From positions 13,924 to 77,923 of the IMG/VR virus record IMGVR_UViG_3300025645_000053: a stretch of 64,000 nucleotides of DNA; one strand, 5' to 3'. Each line of letters begins with the position of its first letter. The first letter of the stretch is position 1. A program made the translations under genes and the position numbers. This stretch comes from a virus. The notes under the pieces were generated by a model. That model was not told where the DNA came from. It saw nothing but the letters and a program-made list of their open reading frames with translations, and ran no database searches. Positions 49,353 to 59,606 of the stretch are shown one piece after another.

Positions 49353-49804
49353 TGACTGATAAGTTAGATATTAAATATGTTTATAGCGTGCTTGGCGCTG
49401 TTCAGCACGCAAAAAGCAAAAAAGAAAAGGTAGAGTTATTACAAAAGTATAACTCACAAGGTTTACGAGATGTACTTTATTGTCAATATTCAAATACCAT
49501 AGAGTTTGCATTACCTGAAGGTTCACCACCTTATACACCATACGACGTTATTAAAAATATACCAAAGCAACTTAGTAAAATTGGCCCTAAGATAATGAAG
49601 TTTTTAATTAAGAATGGGCCTGGTGACAAATGGTTGCCGGTAAAACGTGAACGCAAGTTCTTAGACTTGATTGAAACTATTCATCCTAGAGATGCTGAAA
49701 TCGTCATTGCTGCTAAAGATAAAAAACTTAAGGAAATGTTTCCAACTATTACAAAGAATGTGGTTTTGACGGCTTTCCCAAACTTATTGGGAAACGTGCC
49801 CTAA
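49352..49804 (+). CDS. conserved T4-like hypothetical protein
   Basis: LPEGSPPY, KRERKF, IHPRDA. Confidence 0.75.
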   Translation: MTDKLDIKYVYSVLGAVQHAKSKKEKVELLQKYNSQGLRDVLYCQYSNTIEFALPEGSPPYTPYDVIKNIPKQLSKIGPKIMKFLIKNGPGDKWLPVKRERKFLDLIETIHPRDAEIVIAAKDKKLKEMFPTITKNVVLTAFPNLLGNVP

Positions 49805-49897
49805 TAACTAAAGGTTATACTATATTACAAAAGGTTATTGTACATCTGACAGGTATATTGATATAATAGATCTACAAATTGAGTTAAGGAATATATT

Positions 49898-50464
49898 ATG
49901 AATTTGTTTGTTTTATCCGATTGTCCGTTCGAGGCTGCAAAGTCTCATTGTGATGTGCACGTTAATAAAATGATCATCGAGACTGCGCAAATGCTATCTA
50001 CTGCGCACCGTCTCCTTGATGGTAAAATGTTTATTGAGTTAAGTAAAGGTGGTAGCCGTTTAAAGAAATGGGACCACCCCACTTTGCATTCTCTTCTATA
50101 TAAGTCCACTCATTACAACCACCCATCAGCAGTATGGATTCGCGAAACTTCAAATAATTACAACTGGGCATATAACTTGTTTAAAGGTTTGTGTAATGAA
50201 TATACTGCTCGACGTGGTAAGGTTCATGCAACTGAAAAACTTTTAGACTTGGCTCTAATACAGCAACCCGTTAATATCAAATCAGGTTCTCAAACTACAT
50301 TTGCGATTTGCATTGCCGATGAATACGAACTTGCTGATATTAAAGATCCCATTGAGGCGTATCGTCGTTATTACATTAAGAAAAACAACGAGCAGTTTAA
50401 CATGGGTTGGATTGCGAATAAGCCTGAATGGTTTACTACTGGTGAATACGGAGTTGTTTTATAA
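49898..50464 (+). CDS. pyrimidine-dimer glycosylase (DenV)-related protein
   Basis: MNLF, HVNKMIIETAQMLSTAH, HYNHPS. Confidence 0.75.
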   Translation: MNLFVLSDCPFEAAKSHCDVHVNKMIIETAQMLSTAHRLLDGKMFIELSKGGSRLKKWDHPTLHSLLYKSTHYNHPSAVWIRETSNNYNWAYNLFKGLCNEYTARRGKVHATEKLLDLALIQQPVNIKSGSQTTFAICIADEYELADIKDPIEAYRRYYIKKNNEQFNMGWIANKPEWFTTGEYGVVL

Positions 50465-50676
50465 TGTATACTATTGAAAAAGAAATCACTCAATGGCCAG
50501 AAGGTCAAGACTTCAATCATTCGTATTTGTTTGATGACCGCAAACGTTGTGTTGGATATATACCTAAAGGTACTGAAGTAATTAAGATGTTTGCGAAACC
50601 AAGCTTAAAGTTTTCGCGTTCGTATCGTAAATTTAAAAAGGTAGGTACATACGATGAATCAAGAAATGCTGCTTAA
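50464..50676 (+). CDS. hypothetical protein
   Basis: TAATG coupling. Confidence 0.65.
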   Translation: MYTIEKEITQWPEGQDFNHSYLFDDRKRCVGYIPKGTEVIKMFAKPSLKFSRSYRKFKKVGTYDESRNAA

Positions 50677-50816
50677 AGTTTTAAGTATAATTGTTATAAT
50701 AGGTTATCTAACAGGTTTAGTCCTAGTGCTACATTCTACACTTGGCTCACCTGTTGCGGTGATGTTAGTCATTTGCTATTTAGTTTTTGTTTACAAAATA
50801 TTTAAGGAGCCAAAAC

Positions 50817-51584
50817 GTGAAAATTAGTTATTACTCTGATCTTCATTTGGAATTTGATTACCATAAATGGGATCACATATTCAATGACGGTGCTGACGTA
50901 ATGGTTCTTGCAGGCGATATTGGTGTTAAGAATCGACAGGTCGAGTGGATTTTAGCTCAGCCGCATAAACATATCATTTATGTGCCGGGAAACCACGAAT
51001 ACTATCAGTCTTCAATCGAAAGTGTTAATCGTAAACTCGACAATGCATTTCGGGGCACTAATGTACACTTTTTGCCCGAAGGCGAACATGTAATCATTGA
51101 CGGCGTGCTATTTGTTGGTGCAACAATGTGGACTGATTATTATCTGCATGGTGGTGCTACTATGCCTCACTCCCAATATAAAGCACAGACTTCTATGAAT
51201 GATTATAAACATATTCGTACTGAGCCTGACTATCGAAAAATATCACCAAGATACACGTCTGAGTTATTTGCAAAGCACACTAAAAAGATTGCGGCTGCTT
51301 TACAGTCCGAAGAATATAACAAAAGCGTGGTGGTGTCACACCATGCGCCATCCGAGATGTCAATACATGAAGACTATAAAGGACAATTATTATCGCCTGC
51401 TTACGCATCCAACCTTGAATCATTTATGGGCGAGCATAAACCTGATATTTGGATTCATGGGCATGTTCATAACAGTTTCGATTATAACATTTATAATACT
51501 CGTGTTCTCTGCAACCCACGCGGTTATGTCGCGGCTGGCGAACCTAATCTTGATTTTGCACACACGTCGGTGATTGAAATATGA
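50817..51584 (+). CDS. metallophosphoesterase
   Basis: SDLH, AGD, GNHE, HHAP, HGHVH. Confidence 0.92.
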   Translation: MKISYYSDLHLEFDYHKWDHIFNDGADVMVLAGDIGVKNRQVEWILAQPHKHIIYVPGNHEYYQSSIESVNRKLDNAFRGTNVHFLPEGEHVIIDGVLFVGATMWTDYYLHGGATMPHSQYKAQTSMNDYKHIRTEPDYRKISPRYTSELFAKHTKKIAAALQSEEYNKSVVVSHHAPSEMSIHEDYKGQLLSPAYASNLESFMGEHKPDIWIHGHVHNSFDYNIYNTRVLCNPRGYVAAGEPNLDFAHTSVIEI

Positions 51585-51961
51585 GTCAAGCTACTTATGA
51601 TAACAAATCATCCATGCTTCGTGAATATTGGATTGACCGCAAGCTAGTATTGGATATTGCAAAGGAAGACCTTAGTCGCCCACTTCCTGAAAATTTCATC
51701 GATGCCAATGAATGGGAAGATGGCAAAATAACTGGAAACAAAATTGCTATACTTGGCTATGACTGGTGCCAATGCTGTGATGAGGTACATTTTATAACTC
51801 AGCAAATTGAAGAAAATCCATTAATGGATGATTTGCCTTTAAGCGTTAGTGAATGTAATGGGTGTGGGTCAATGTTTGAAAGACCTGAAGACACCGAATT
51901 AAATAATGCTATGGGCACTTGGTATTATTCAACGCCAGAAGGGTATTACTCAATTGACTGA
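51581..51961 (+). CDS. hypothetical protein (possible Zn site)
   Basis: CQCC and CNGC. Confidence 0.6.
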   Translation: MSQATYDNKSSMLREYWIDRKLVLDIAKEDLSRPLPENFIDANEWEDGKITGNKIAILGYDWCQCCDEVHFITQQIEENPLMDDLPLSVSECNGCGSMFERPEDTELNNAMGTWYYSTPEGYYSID

Positions 51962-51962
51962 C

Positions 51963-52265
51963 ATGGAACTGTTTGTTAATCTTAAAGTCCGAACGGTTGG
52001 AACTAAAAAGGTTTGGGTTAACATCTTATATGAAAAAGGTCAAGGGTATTGGTGTTATACGTTTTACCCTGGGTATAGGTATGAAGTATATGTAAAGTTC
52101 GATGATGTTATTCGTGTAAGGGATTCTAATAAAGACTTAAGATATGTATTGTCCAGTATTATAAATGACAAGAGATATTTTGAAAGAAACCATTTAGTCG
52201 ACGAACATAAAATATTAAATCATTACGAGTTTATTATAAGGAAAACCATGAATGAAATTTCATAA
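51963..52265 (+). CDS. hypothetical protein
   Basis: Tightly packed in the operon. Confidence 0.55.
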   Translation: MELFVNLKVRTVGTKKVWVNILYEKGQGYWCYTFYPGYRYEVYVKFDDVIRVRDSNKDLRYVLSSIINDKRYFERNHLVDEHKILNHYEFIIRKTMNEIS

Positions 52266-52644
52266 AGACGGCACATTGCCAAAAGACAACGAAATATTTG
52301 TCTTTGGTTCTAACTTAAAAGGAGTACACGGGGCAGGGGCGGCTGCTTGTGCAGAGCACATGTATGGAGCAGAAATGGGAAAAGGTCAAGGTCTTATTGG
52401 ACAATCGTACGCTATACCGACAAAGGGTTGGTGTATTGAGACTTTGGATATTCAACAAATAGCTGAGTATATAGATAAATTTGTATCTTATACGCACGGT
52501 AACGATACTATTGATGACAGATTTTTTGTCACAAGAGTTGGGTGTGGTTTAGCTGGGTTTAAAGATTCAGCGATTGCCCCATTATTTAAAAACGCAAAGA
52601 ATTGCAGTTTCGCAAAACAGTGGAAAAAATACTTAGAGGATTAA
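52252..52644 (+). CDS. macrodomain-related protein
   Basis: FVFGSN..G.HGAGAA, YAIPTK, VGCGLAG. Confidence 0.65.
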   Translation: MKFHKDGTLPKDNEIFVFGSNLKGVHGAGAAACAEHMYGAEMGKGQGLIGQSYAIPTKGWCIETLDIQQIAEYIDKFVSYTHGNDTIDDRFFVTRVGCGLAGFKDSAIAPLFKNAKNCSFAKQWKKYLED

Positions 52645-52646
52645 AA

Positions 52647-53012
52647 ATGTTTAAATTTATAGTAGTTGGTTTGATAGTAATGGTCATGATGTTTGCTCCT
52701 ACAGCAAAAGCCGGTGATGCGAATGATGCGCTGCAAAACATTTGTGAAATAGTTGCGAAGGATAAAAAATCAGCTCTTCGTAGAAAATTAACCGCAGTTA
52801 AAAATCAGTTCTTATTAAGGTTTAATGATTATTATAATAACATTACTTGTGATGGAATGTCATTAATATCATATGCGGATAAGCACAAAGGAATGCGCAG
52901 TTTAAGGTTTATGTCAACTCGGCTGAAAGCAGATACACTTAATAACGCAAATTATACTGAAGTACTATCACCTGCATCTGTTAAAATTATTCAGCGAAGA
53001 ATTGGTAAATGA
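52647..53012 (+). CDS. secreted protein (DUF3718-like)
   Basis: Signal peptide; ICEIV, LRRKL, ITCDGMSLI. Confidence 0.6.
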   Translation: MFKFIVVGLIVMVMMFAPTAKAGDANDALQNICEIVAKDKKSALRRKLTAVKNQFLLRFNDYYNNITCDGMSLISYADKHKGMRSLRFMSTRLKADTLNNANYTEVLSPASVKIIQRRIGK

Positions 53013-53284
53013 AAGGCAGATTAGGGTTTTTACTTATAGCATTTTTGCTATTAGGATTTGTATATTATGTAAGTCCCGATATTAAATTTCCTTTGATAAT
53101 CCACAAGTTATCATTGGTAAGTATCGCGGCAGTATTAGGTTATTTCCTTGATGTGATTCTGTTTCCAAAATACAGACCTCATGAAATGACTGATGCAACT
53201 CACCCTACAATTGTCGCTGCAACATTGATTAGACGCGCGATAATTATGATGTCAGTTATACTTGGAGTAACAATGGGCGTATGA
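53009..53284 (+). CDS. putative holin
   Basis: TM helices; LGYFLD..LFP..RP, RRAII. Confidence 0.75.
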   Translation: MKGRLGFLLIAFLLLGFVYYVSPDIKFPLIIHKLSLVSIAAVLGYFLDVILFPKYRPHEMTDATHPTIVAATLIRRAIIMMSVILGVTMGV

Positions 53285-53940
53285 AGTATTTGATACTTTC
53301 GCTATTGTTTGTCGGCGCCGGAGTATTCTCGAAAGAGTTTATTCCGGATAACGCGGCAAAGTATAAACGTGATCTTATGCGACATTCTCAATACCATTTT
53401 GGTTTGAATGCACCTACCGCAGTTTTTGCTGCGCAGATACATAAAGAATCAACTTGGAATCCAAATGCAAAAAGTCCGTATGCCGATGGTTTAACTCAGT
53501 TCACTCCAGAGACTGCGGAATGGGTTTCTGGAAAGTTTCCTGCTTTAGTTGCAAACGAACCGCTTAATCCAATATGGGCAATACAAGCATTATTAATATA
53601 TGATAAGTATTTGCTTGATAGAATTACCTATTGGGGTGGTGAAGGTACACTTAAAGTTTGTGATGATTGGTCATTTGCTTTGTCTGCTTATAACGGCGGT
53701 TACGGTTGGGTTATCAGAGATCGTAAATTGACAAGAGCTGATGGTAAAGATCAAAACGTTTGGATTAATAACGTTGAGTTATATACTGATAGGAGTGACG
53801 CTGCTCGAAAAGAGAACCGCGGATATCCTGATAAGATATTACATAAGTTAGCGAATCTTTATCGGCAAAATGGTTGGGGTCCTATAATTGTTTGCGATCC
53901 TATAACATATAATTTACAACATAAGTGTATAATGAAATGA
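53281..53940 (+). CDS. SLT-type lytic transglycosylase / endolysin
   Basis: QIHKES, GLTQF, AYNGG, ENRGY; N-terminal signal or anchor. Confidence 0.88.
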   Translation: MKYLILSLLFVGAGVFSKEFIPDNAAKYKRDLMRHSQYHFGLNAPTAVFAAQIHKESTWNPNAKSPYADGLTQFTPETAEWVSGKFPALVANEPLNPIWAIQALLIYDKYLLDRITYWGGEGTLKVCDDWSFALSAYNGGYGWVIRDRKLTRADGKDQNVWINNVELYTDRSDAARKENRGYPDKILHKLANLYRQNGWGPIIVCDPITYNLQHKCIMK

Positions 53941-54266
53941 AAGATAAATATGATTTATTACTTGATTGGGCGAAGGACCGTATCAAGTCACGCGTAAAAA
54001 TGTGTATTGTTGATGTTTCAGTTTATGATCCAACCAAAGACTCACTCCCAAACCATGCTCGTGGCAGACCGTTTAAAATAAAATTAACACCAGTATTAAA
54101 CGATGAAGTAAAGCCAGAATATTCGGTTATGTTTGTACTTGACATTGAGGTGCTATACTTGGCTGATGATAGAGAAGAATTCATTGATTACTATCTAAGC
54201 AGGTGTGCTCATGGTATAGCTCAAAGTATGTTTTTAGAACCAACAAATATATCATATTCTTTTTAA
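53937..54266 (+). CDS. hypothetical protein
   Basis: ATGA coupling. Confidence 0.55.
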   Translation: MKDKYDLLLDWAKDRIKSRVKMCIVDVSVYDPTKDSLPNHARGRPFKIKLTPVLNDEVKPEYSVMFVLDIEVLYLADDREEFIDYYLSRCAHGIAQSMFLEPTNISYSF

Positions 54267-54336
54267 TTATTATACATTGGATGTAGATTTGGATATAATA
54301 GTACCATAAATTGATAACAACTATTTGGAAATGATT

Positions 54337-54726
54337 ATGAGAATATTAAATACACGCAATACCCGATATATCAACCTAGCAAACAATGTTGCTACTTACC
54401 TTGGTATTCAAACAGAAGCAATTGATATAGCATTTGAAATGGAAAGTGAAACTGCTTCTGACTACGGTTATTGTGATGGCAATGTTGAATATGCCGACAT
54501 ATCAGTATACCGCAAAATTTATGGAGAAAAGGTTGAAGATGAAGAAATCTGCCGTACAATCATCCATGAATTAGTACACGCAAAGCAATTTCTTGAAGGG
54601 CGACTTATAATTGAGTCAGGTGTTTATTCATGGTTAGGCAAAGAATATTCAAATAATCTTAAAGAATCACCATGGGAACTTGAAGCAATTGCGCTTGAAG
54701 TCGAACTTCAGGAAATGTATAAATAA
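54337..54726 (+). CDS. zinc metallopeptidase-like protein
   Basis: HELVHAKQ, PWELEA. Confidence 0.8.
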   Translation: MRILNTRNTRYINLANNVATYLGIQTEAIDIAFEMESETASDYGYCDGNVEYADISVYRKIYGEKVEDEEICRTIIHELVHAKQFLEGRLIIESGVYSWLGKEYSNNLKESPWELEAIALEVELQEMYK

Positions 54727-55061
54727 CAACCTAGAGGAATTGATGCATGATGCATGGCCGCCGTCGTAATTTAAAGTCAGCAAAACTGAGAAAGAATTCA
54801 AACTTCGCGTTAACTAATGATAAAGATCAATTAACCTATACCAAATGGCCGCCAACAACCTTGGCTGCAAAACCCCCTAACTTTAAATAACAGGAAAACA
54901 TAGTAATGATTACGTTTATGGTGGTATTCGTTATCGCCTCATTGGTCAGTATAACCGCAGCTTCATTAATTATATTGGCAATTGGTAGGTCAATTAGAAA
55001 GAAAACTATTGACATTAAGAGCATAGTGTAATATAATAATATTTGAGATGGAGGTATTGAT

Positions 55062-55544
55062 GTGATTTTGTTTTTTCATGGTTTAAACAGTAGTAATAAC
55101 ACCAATAAGTTTGCTACGATTGATAGAAAAAAGTATTGTGAAACGGTTGATTATCTGGAGTTAGGATATGATGCCGTTAACAATTTGTATGATGAGTTGA
55201 TTGACAGAATTAAACCTGATGTATTAGTCGGTCATAGTTTAGGCGGCTATTGGGCATTAAAGAAGTCCGCTGAACGTAATATACCTTGTGTATTATTAAA
55301 CCCATCACTATTCCCTAAGTATGACGGATATACCGCTTTATCCGAACAAGAGTTACAACGTGCACCTGCAGTTCATGCTTATATTGAATTAGGTGATAAA
55401 GTAATACCTGCAGTTTTAATAAATGAATTCTTAAAAGCAAGAGCGCATGTAACAACACACGATGCAGGCCATCATAGAATTGAGTATGTAGAAAATATTA
55501 ATAAAATCATTGAACGACATTACGCATATGAATATATTCATTAA
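55062..55544 (+). CDS. YqiA/UPF0227-like alpha/beta hydrolase
   Basis: FHGLNSS, GHSLGG, LNPS, GHH. Confidence 0.85.
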   Translation: MILFFHGLNSSNNTNKFATIDRKKYCETVDYLELGYDAVNNLYDELIDRIKPDVLVGHSLGGYWALKKSAERNIPCVLLNPSLFPKYDGYTALSEQELQRAPAVHAYIELGDKVIPAVLINEFLKARAHVTTHDAGHHRIEYVENINKIIERHYAYEYIH

Positions 55545-55580
55545 TATAAATAAGTTAAACACTGGCAACATAGGAACAGT

Positions 55581-56207
55581 ATGAAATCATTTAAACAATT
55601 CAAAGAAGAAACTAAACTAAACTTATGGCACGCGATGCTTAATGAACGCTTTGTGAATTTATTAGGCAATGATGAAAAGAAATCTGAGTACGCTCAAGAA
55701 GTCTTTGATATGATTCAAAAAAGTTATGAGGCTATCGGTGGACAAAAAGGTAAAGGTTTTAAATCGCCTGAAGATATGATTGATAATATACCTTTTTGGA
55801 AATTGGTAAGGACAAGTGGTAAGATCGTTGCGGGTGCAATGTATCGTGATAAGGGTGGCCGTAAAAGAGTTGCAGTTTTTACTAATGGAACTATTGCAGG
55901 TAAAAAAGGTATTGCTTCAATAATGAAAGAAGACTTTGACCGCGCATACTTTGAAGTGTCAGGACCAAGTTTAGGTTTTGCGGTCAAACTATTAGGTATA
56001 GATTTTATCAAAAGCTATGCTAAAACACCAGCACAGGCTACTGATATATTAAAAACTGACCTTAATGAAGTTCCACCGAAAGACAGTTATATAACAAAGT
56101 ATCCTGCTTTAAAACCATATTTCTATCAGCGCGAATTGGGCGGAAAGCTAATTACTAAAATTATGTTAGGCACTGTCGGTATGAAAATCGTTATGTCTGA
56201 GATATGA
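55581..56207 (+). CDS. late protein with capsid-targeting leader (GNAT-like fold possible)
   Basis: TATAAATA at 55546; MKSFKQFKEE; SYEAIGG, FEVS. Confidence 0.65.
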   Translation: MKSFKQFKEETKLNLWHAMLNERFVNLLGNDEKKSEYAQEVFDMIQKSYEAIGGQKGKGFKSPEDMIDNIPFWKLVRTSGKIVAGAMYRDKGGRKRVAVFTNGTIAGKKGIASIMKEDFDRAYFEVSGPSLGFAVKLLGIDFIKSYAKTPAQATDILKTDLNEVPPKDSYITKYPALKPYFYQRELGGKLITKIMLGTVGMKIVMSEI

Positions 56208-56309
56208 ACAAAAGGTAATAATGATATTCTTTTTTGTTCTAATAAAGCTATTGACACAATTCGCTATTGTTGATATAATAGATCTACAAATTGAGTTAAG
56301 GAGTATTAA

Positions 56310-56528
56310 ATGAAACAGATTAATTTAGATTTTACAGGCTATAGCAAATTATCGGCTGAAGCCTTGCAGGAAAAGTATACTGCAGCAAATCGTACGTATT
56401 TAAGTTTGCAAGCAGCTGAACAGTTATATCATAGTGAAGCTGACTTGCGAAGAGCTAATTCTATTGAGTTAGGTGCTATACGTGAAGCTTCGTTATTAAA
56501 CAAGTATGATTTAAAAAACCAGTTTTAA
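56310..56528 (+). CDS. early hypothetical protein
   Basis: Follows early promoter repeat. Confidence 0.65.
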   Translation: MKQINLDFTGYSKLSAEALQEKYTAANRTYLSLQAAEQLYHSEADLRRANSIELGAIREASLLNKYDLKNQF

Positions 56529-56539
56529 GGAATTATATT

Positions 56540-56947
56540 ATGTACGATGAGTACCCAAGGTATCAGGTTATAGTTGATGGCTTTGAAGCTATTTTAGAAA
56601 TGAATGTATCTGATGAAGGTATAGATTGTGAATTTGCTGATGGTACTGAAAAGCTATTAGCATTAAGCACTCCTTGTGAAGTTACTATTATGGAAACCCA
56701 ACCAATATCATGTTTAGCTGATATCATTGCGCTGTTCACATCCCCTAAGTATTACACCACGACTGGTAATTCTGAAAGCAATGCGTTTCTACAAGAATTT
56801 TCAGAGTTCGAAGTGAACATTGAGGATTACGACGGTGATAGTCTAATTTCTTCGATAAATGCATTGCAAATGCAATTAATCGGCAAGCTGAGTAAACCAA
56901 AAATAATGACACTTCAGCAAGTATTTAATAAGTATGTTGAAGATTAA
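56540..56947 (+). CDS. acidic hypothetical protein
   Basis: AAGGA RBS. Confidence 0.65.
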   Translation: MYDEYPRYQVIVDGFEAILEMNVSDEGIDCEFADGTEKLLALSTPCEVTIMETQPISCLADIIALFTSPKYYTTTGNSESNAFLQEFSEFEVNIEDYDGDSLISSINALQMQLIGKLSKPKIMTLQQVFNKYVED

Positions 56948-56971
56948 TAACTGAAAGAGGAACATCTGTAA

Positions 56972-58117
56972 ATGGCAATAAATGCAAAAATTGATAGCAT
57001 CCTTAAAAGAGAAGCTATACGACAAAATGAAACGATTGAACTTATTGCTAGTGAAAACTTTGCAAGTCAAGCAGTAATGGATTTAGCAGGTAGCATTTTT
57101 ACTAACAAATATGCTGAAGGTTACCCTGGGAAGCGATACTATAATGGTTGTGATCATGCTGATGAAATAGAAACATTAGCTATTGATACGCTATGCAAAC
57201 TGTATGGTTCTAAGTTTGCTAATGTGCAACCTCACTCAGGCGCTAATGCTAACCTTGCGGTCTTCAAAGCATTCTTAAAGCCTGGAGATACAATTCTTGG
57301 TATGGACTTATCTAGCGGTGGTCACTTATCGCATGGTGCTGGAGTAAATGTGTCAGGCGCGTGGTTCGATGCTCATACATATGGTGTTGATGAAAACGGC
57401 TTATTAGATTATGAAGAGATTTCTGCAGCAGCTATTAAACATGAACCTAAGATAATCATTGCAGGTGCTAGCGCATATCCACGTCAAATTGATTGGCAAA
57501 AGTTTAGAGATATTGCTGATGAAGTTGGTGCAATATTATTTGTAGATATGGCGCATTACTCAGGATTGATTGCGGGTGGTGTTTATGATAGCCCAATTGG
57601 TATTGCTGATGTTGTAACTTCAACTACACATAAGACACTTCGTGGTCCTCGTGGCGGTATTATTTTATGGGATAACCCAGAATACACTCGTAAGATCAAC
57701 GGTGCTATTTTCCCAGGGACGCAAGGTGGTCCTTTGATGCATATCATTGCAGCTAAAGCACAATGTTTCATTGAAGCTAGTGATGTTGAGTTTAGCGTAT
57801 ATGCCAAAGATGTTATTAAAAACTCACAGGCAATGTGTAAAGTATTCAATGCTAATGGGTTTAAGATCCTGACTGACGGTACTGATAGCCATATCATATT
57901 AATGGACTTAAGCAATAGTAAATATAGTGGACGTGAAGCTGCTGATTTGCTTGAAGAGAATGGTATTACCGTAAATAAAAACGGCGTACCAAACGATCCT
58001 CGCCCTTTCATGGAAACAAGTGGTATTCGTATTGGTACGGCTGCTGAAACTTCGCGTGGACATTATGAAACGTGGTTCACTGAACTTGCAGAACGAATCG
58101 TAAAGATTCTAAGTTAA
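56972..58117 (+). CDS. glyA: serine hydroxymethyltransferase
   Basis: LIASENF, NKYAEGYPGKRYY, GGHLSHG, TTHKTLRGPRGG, SGIRIGT. Confidence 0.97.
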   Translation: MAINAKIDSILKREAIRQNETIELIASENFASQAVMDLAGSIFTNKYAEGYPGKRYYNGCDHADEIETLAIDTLCKLYGSKFANVQPHSGANANLAVFKAFLKPGDTILGMDLSSGGHLSHGAGVNVSGAWFDAHTYGVDENGLLDYEEISAAAIKHEPKIIIAGASAYPRQIDWQKFRDIADEVGAILFVDMAHYSGLIAGGVYDSPIGIADVVTSTTHKTLRGPRGGIILWDNPEYTRKINGAIFPGTQGGPLMHIIAAKAQCFIEASDVEFSVYAKDVIKNSQAMCKVFNANGFKILTDGTDSHIILMDLSNSKYSGREAADLLEENGITVNKNGVPNDPRPFMETSGIRIGTAAETSRGHYETWFTELAERIVKILS

Positions 58118-58242
58118 AGCAATTTATATACTGAAGAGGAATATGGATATTCTTTTTTGTTCTAAAAACAATGCAATTAACTATATACACAACTGCAGTT
58201 CTTTGATATAATAGCTATACAAATTGAGTTAAGGAATACATT

Positions 58243-58614
58243 ATGTTTAAAGTAATAACAACCCAGTTCAGAGAAAACTATGGTGCCCACGATTGGTCTG
58301 GTGAAGGCGCCTGTCCTCAGTATTGGAAAAACAAAGGTGGTACCACTTATATTCTTTGTGGCGAAATGACTGAAGCAGATATTGCTGAAATTAGCAATTG
58401 CATTGAATTTTCTGACGAGTACGCTTCTGAGTCAATACTTTCAATAAGTGCCACTTCTTCTCCAGCGGATTTCTATGAAGAATGGGAAACTCCAGTTAAC
58501 GTCACTAAGGTTGCCGGCGAGTTCAGGGCAGTTTCCAAACATAAGAACGTATTACGCGGGCACACACTGCTAGCGTGTGGCGAAACTTCTAACTATACTG
58601 AGATGGTGTTATGA
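58243..58614 (+). CDS. conserved phage hypothetical protein
   Basis: TQFRENYGAHDW..CPQYWK.KGG. Confidence 0.75.
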   Translation: MFKVITTQFRENYGAHDWSGEGACPQYWKNKGGTTYILCGEMTEADIAEISNCIEFSDEYASESILSISATSSPADFYEEWETPVNVTKVAGEFRAVSKHKNVLRGHTLLACGETSNYTEMVL

Positions 58615-58907
58615 TGCATGGCTCGATGCGACATACGTCATGCGGACGTAAGAAGAGTTACAACGCATGGTCAACAAAGAAACAAGCAACGCCTGAATTC
58701 CAGCCTTTAGAAGTTAAGAGTGAACCTTACCGTAGGTCAACCGTGGTTCACAAATCAGTCGATAGTGGCGCCCACAATACTCAAAAGAAAGAGAGTATGG
58801 TTTACACAGGAACCCTAATCAAGGGTATCGGTACAATGCACAAGTCAAATGCTGTTCCAGTAATTGACGTACAACAAATGAAAGATTTAGCGAGGATGAG
58901 TAGATGA
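58611..58907 (+). CDS. conserved phage hypothetical protein
   Basis: YTGTLIKGIGTMHKSNAVPV. Confidence 0.75.
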   Translation: MMHGSMRHTSCGRKKSYNAWSTKKQATPEFQPLEVKSEPYRRSTVVHKSVDSGAHNTQKKESMVYTGTLIKGIGTMHKSNAVPVIDVQQMKDLARMSR

Positions 58908-59119
58908 AAGTTGAGTTGTCAGACGAATCAGCAAATATGCTTATGAGAGCCGAACTCTCTCAGCAACTTAAATGGGCCTTAGAAGATTTAGCGAATTTAG
59001 ATAAAGGTGTGACTGTTAATATATTTACGTACAATGACCCCGAAGCCGACAGAGTGGAAATACTCAAGGACATTGCGGCGTTCGAGAGAATCATGTCTTA
59101 CTGGAAGGCAGTACAATGA
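58904..59119 (+). CDS. hypothetical protein
   Basis: ATGA coupling. Confidence 0.6.
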   Translation: MKVELSDESANMLMRAELSQQLKWALEDLANLDKGVTVNIFTYNDPEADRVEILKDIAAFERIMSYWKAVQ

Positions 59120-59138
59120 GTGAAGGAAACCTTAGATT

Positions 59139-59513
59139 GTGATTAGTTACAGTACAAACTGGATGGGGCCAATCTCTACTAAGTGGTACGAAGATAGGAA
59201 CATACCTTATGTTATGAAGAAATCAAAAGGAGTATTAGAACCTTTTCCTGTCAGAGAGTATAAAGATTATGTAGAGTATTCTTGTGGACGTATAGACATC
59301 TACGGGCTTGATGAGGAAGAATACTGGTGTGGTAAAAGCGAGTACGGTGTTGCCCCTATGCGCCACGAAGACTGGAATGCCTTTGGTGATTGGTTGGACA
59401 ATATAAAAGATGAAAGACTGATTACATATGAAGAACTGATACGCCAATTTGAAGAACACTACGGCCAACCAATAAGGTGGTCAACTGGATTACTGAAAGG
59501 AAGAGACGAATGA
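59139..59513 (+). CDS. hypothetical protein
   Basis: MISYSTNWMGP. Confidence 0.65.
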   Translation: MISYSTNWMGPISTKWYEDRNIPYVMKKSKGVLEPFPVREYKDYVEYSCGRIDIYGLDEEEYWCGKSEYGVAPMRHEDWNAFGDWLDNIKDERLITYEELIRQFEEHYGQPIRWSTGLLKGRDE

Positions 59514-59605
59514 GTGAATATACACCAGACAATTGGGTTATCATTAAAATAACTCATGTTGGAAGTGAACCAGTTTATAAAGACTTAGCGAGGATGAGTA
59601 GTTAA
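59510..59605 (+). pseudogene. truncated gene fused to a duplicate of the 58611 gene end
   Basis: MSEYTPDNWVIIKI...VYK|DLARMSS*; 23-bp near-identical repeat of 58881-58903. Confidence 0.6.
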
Positions 59606-59606
59606 T

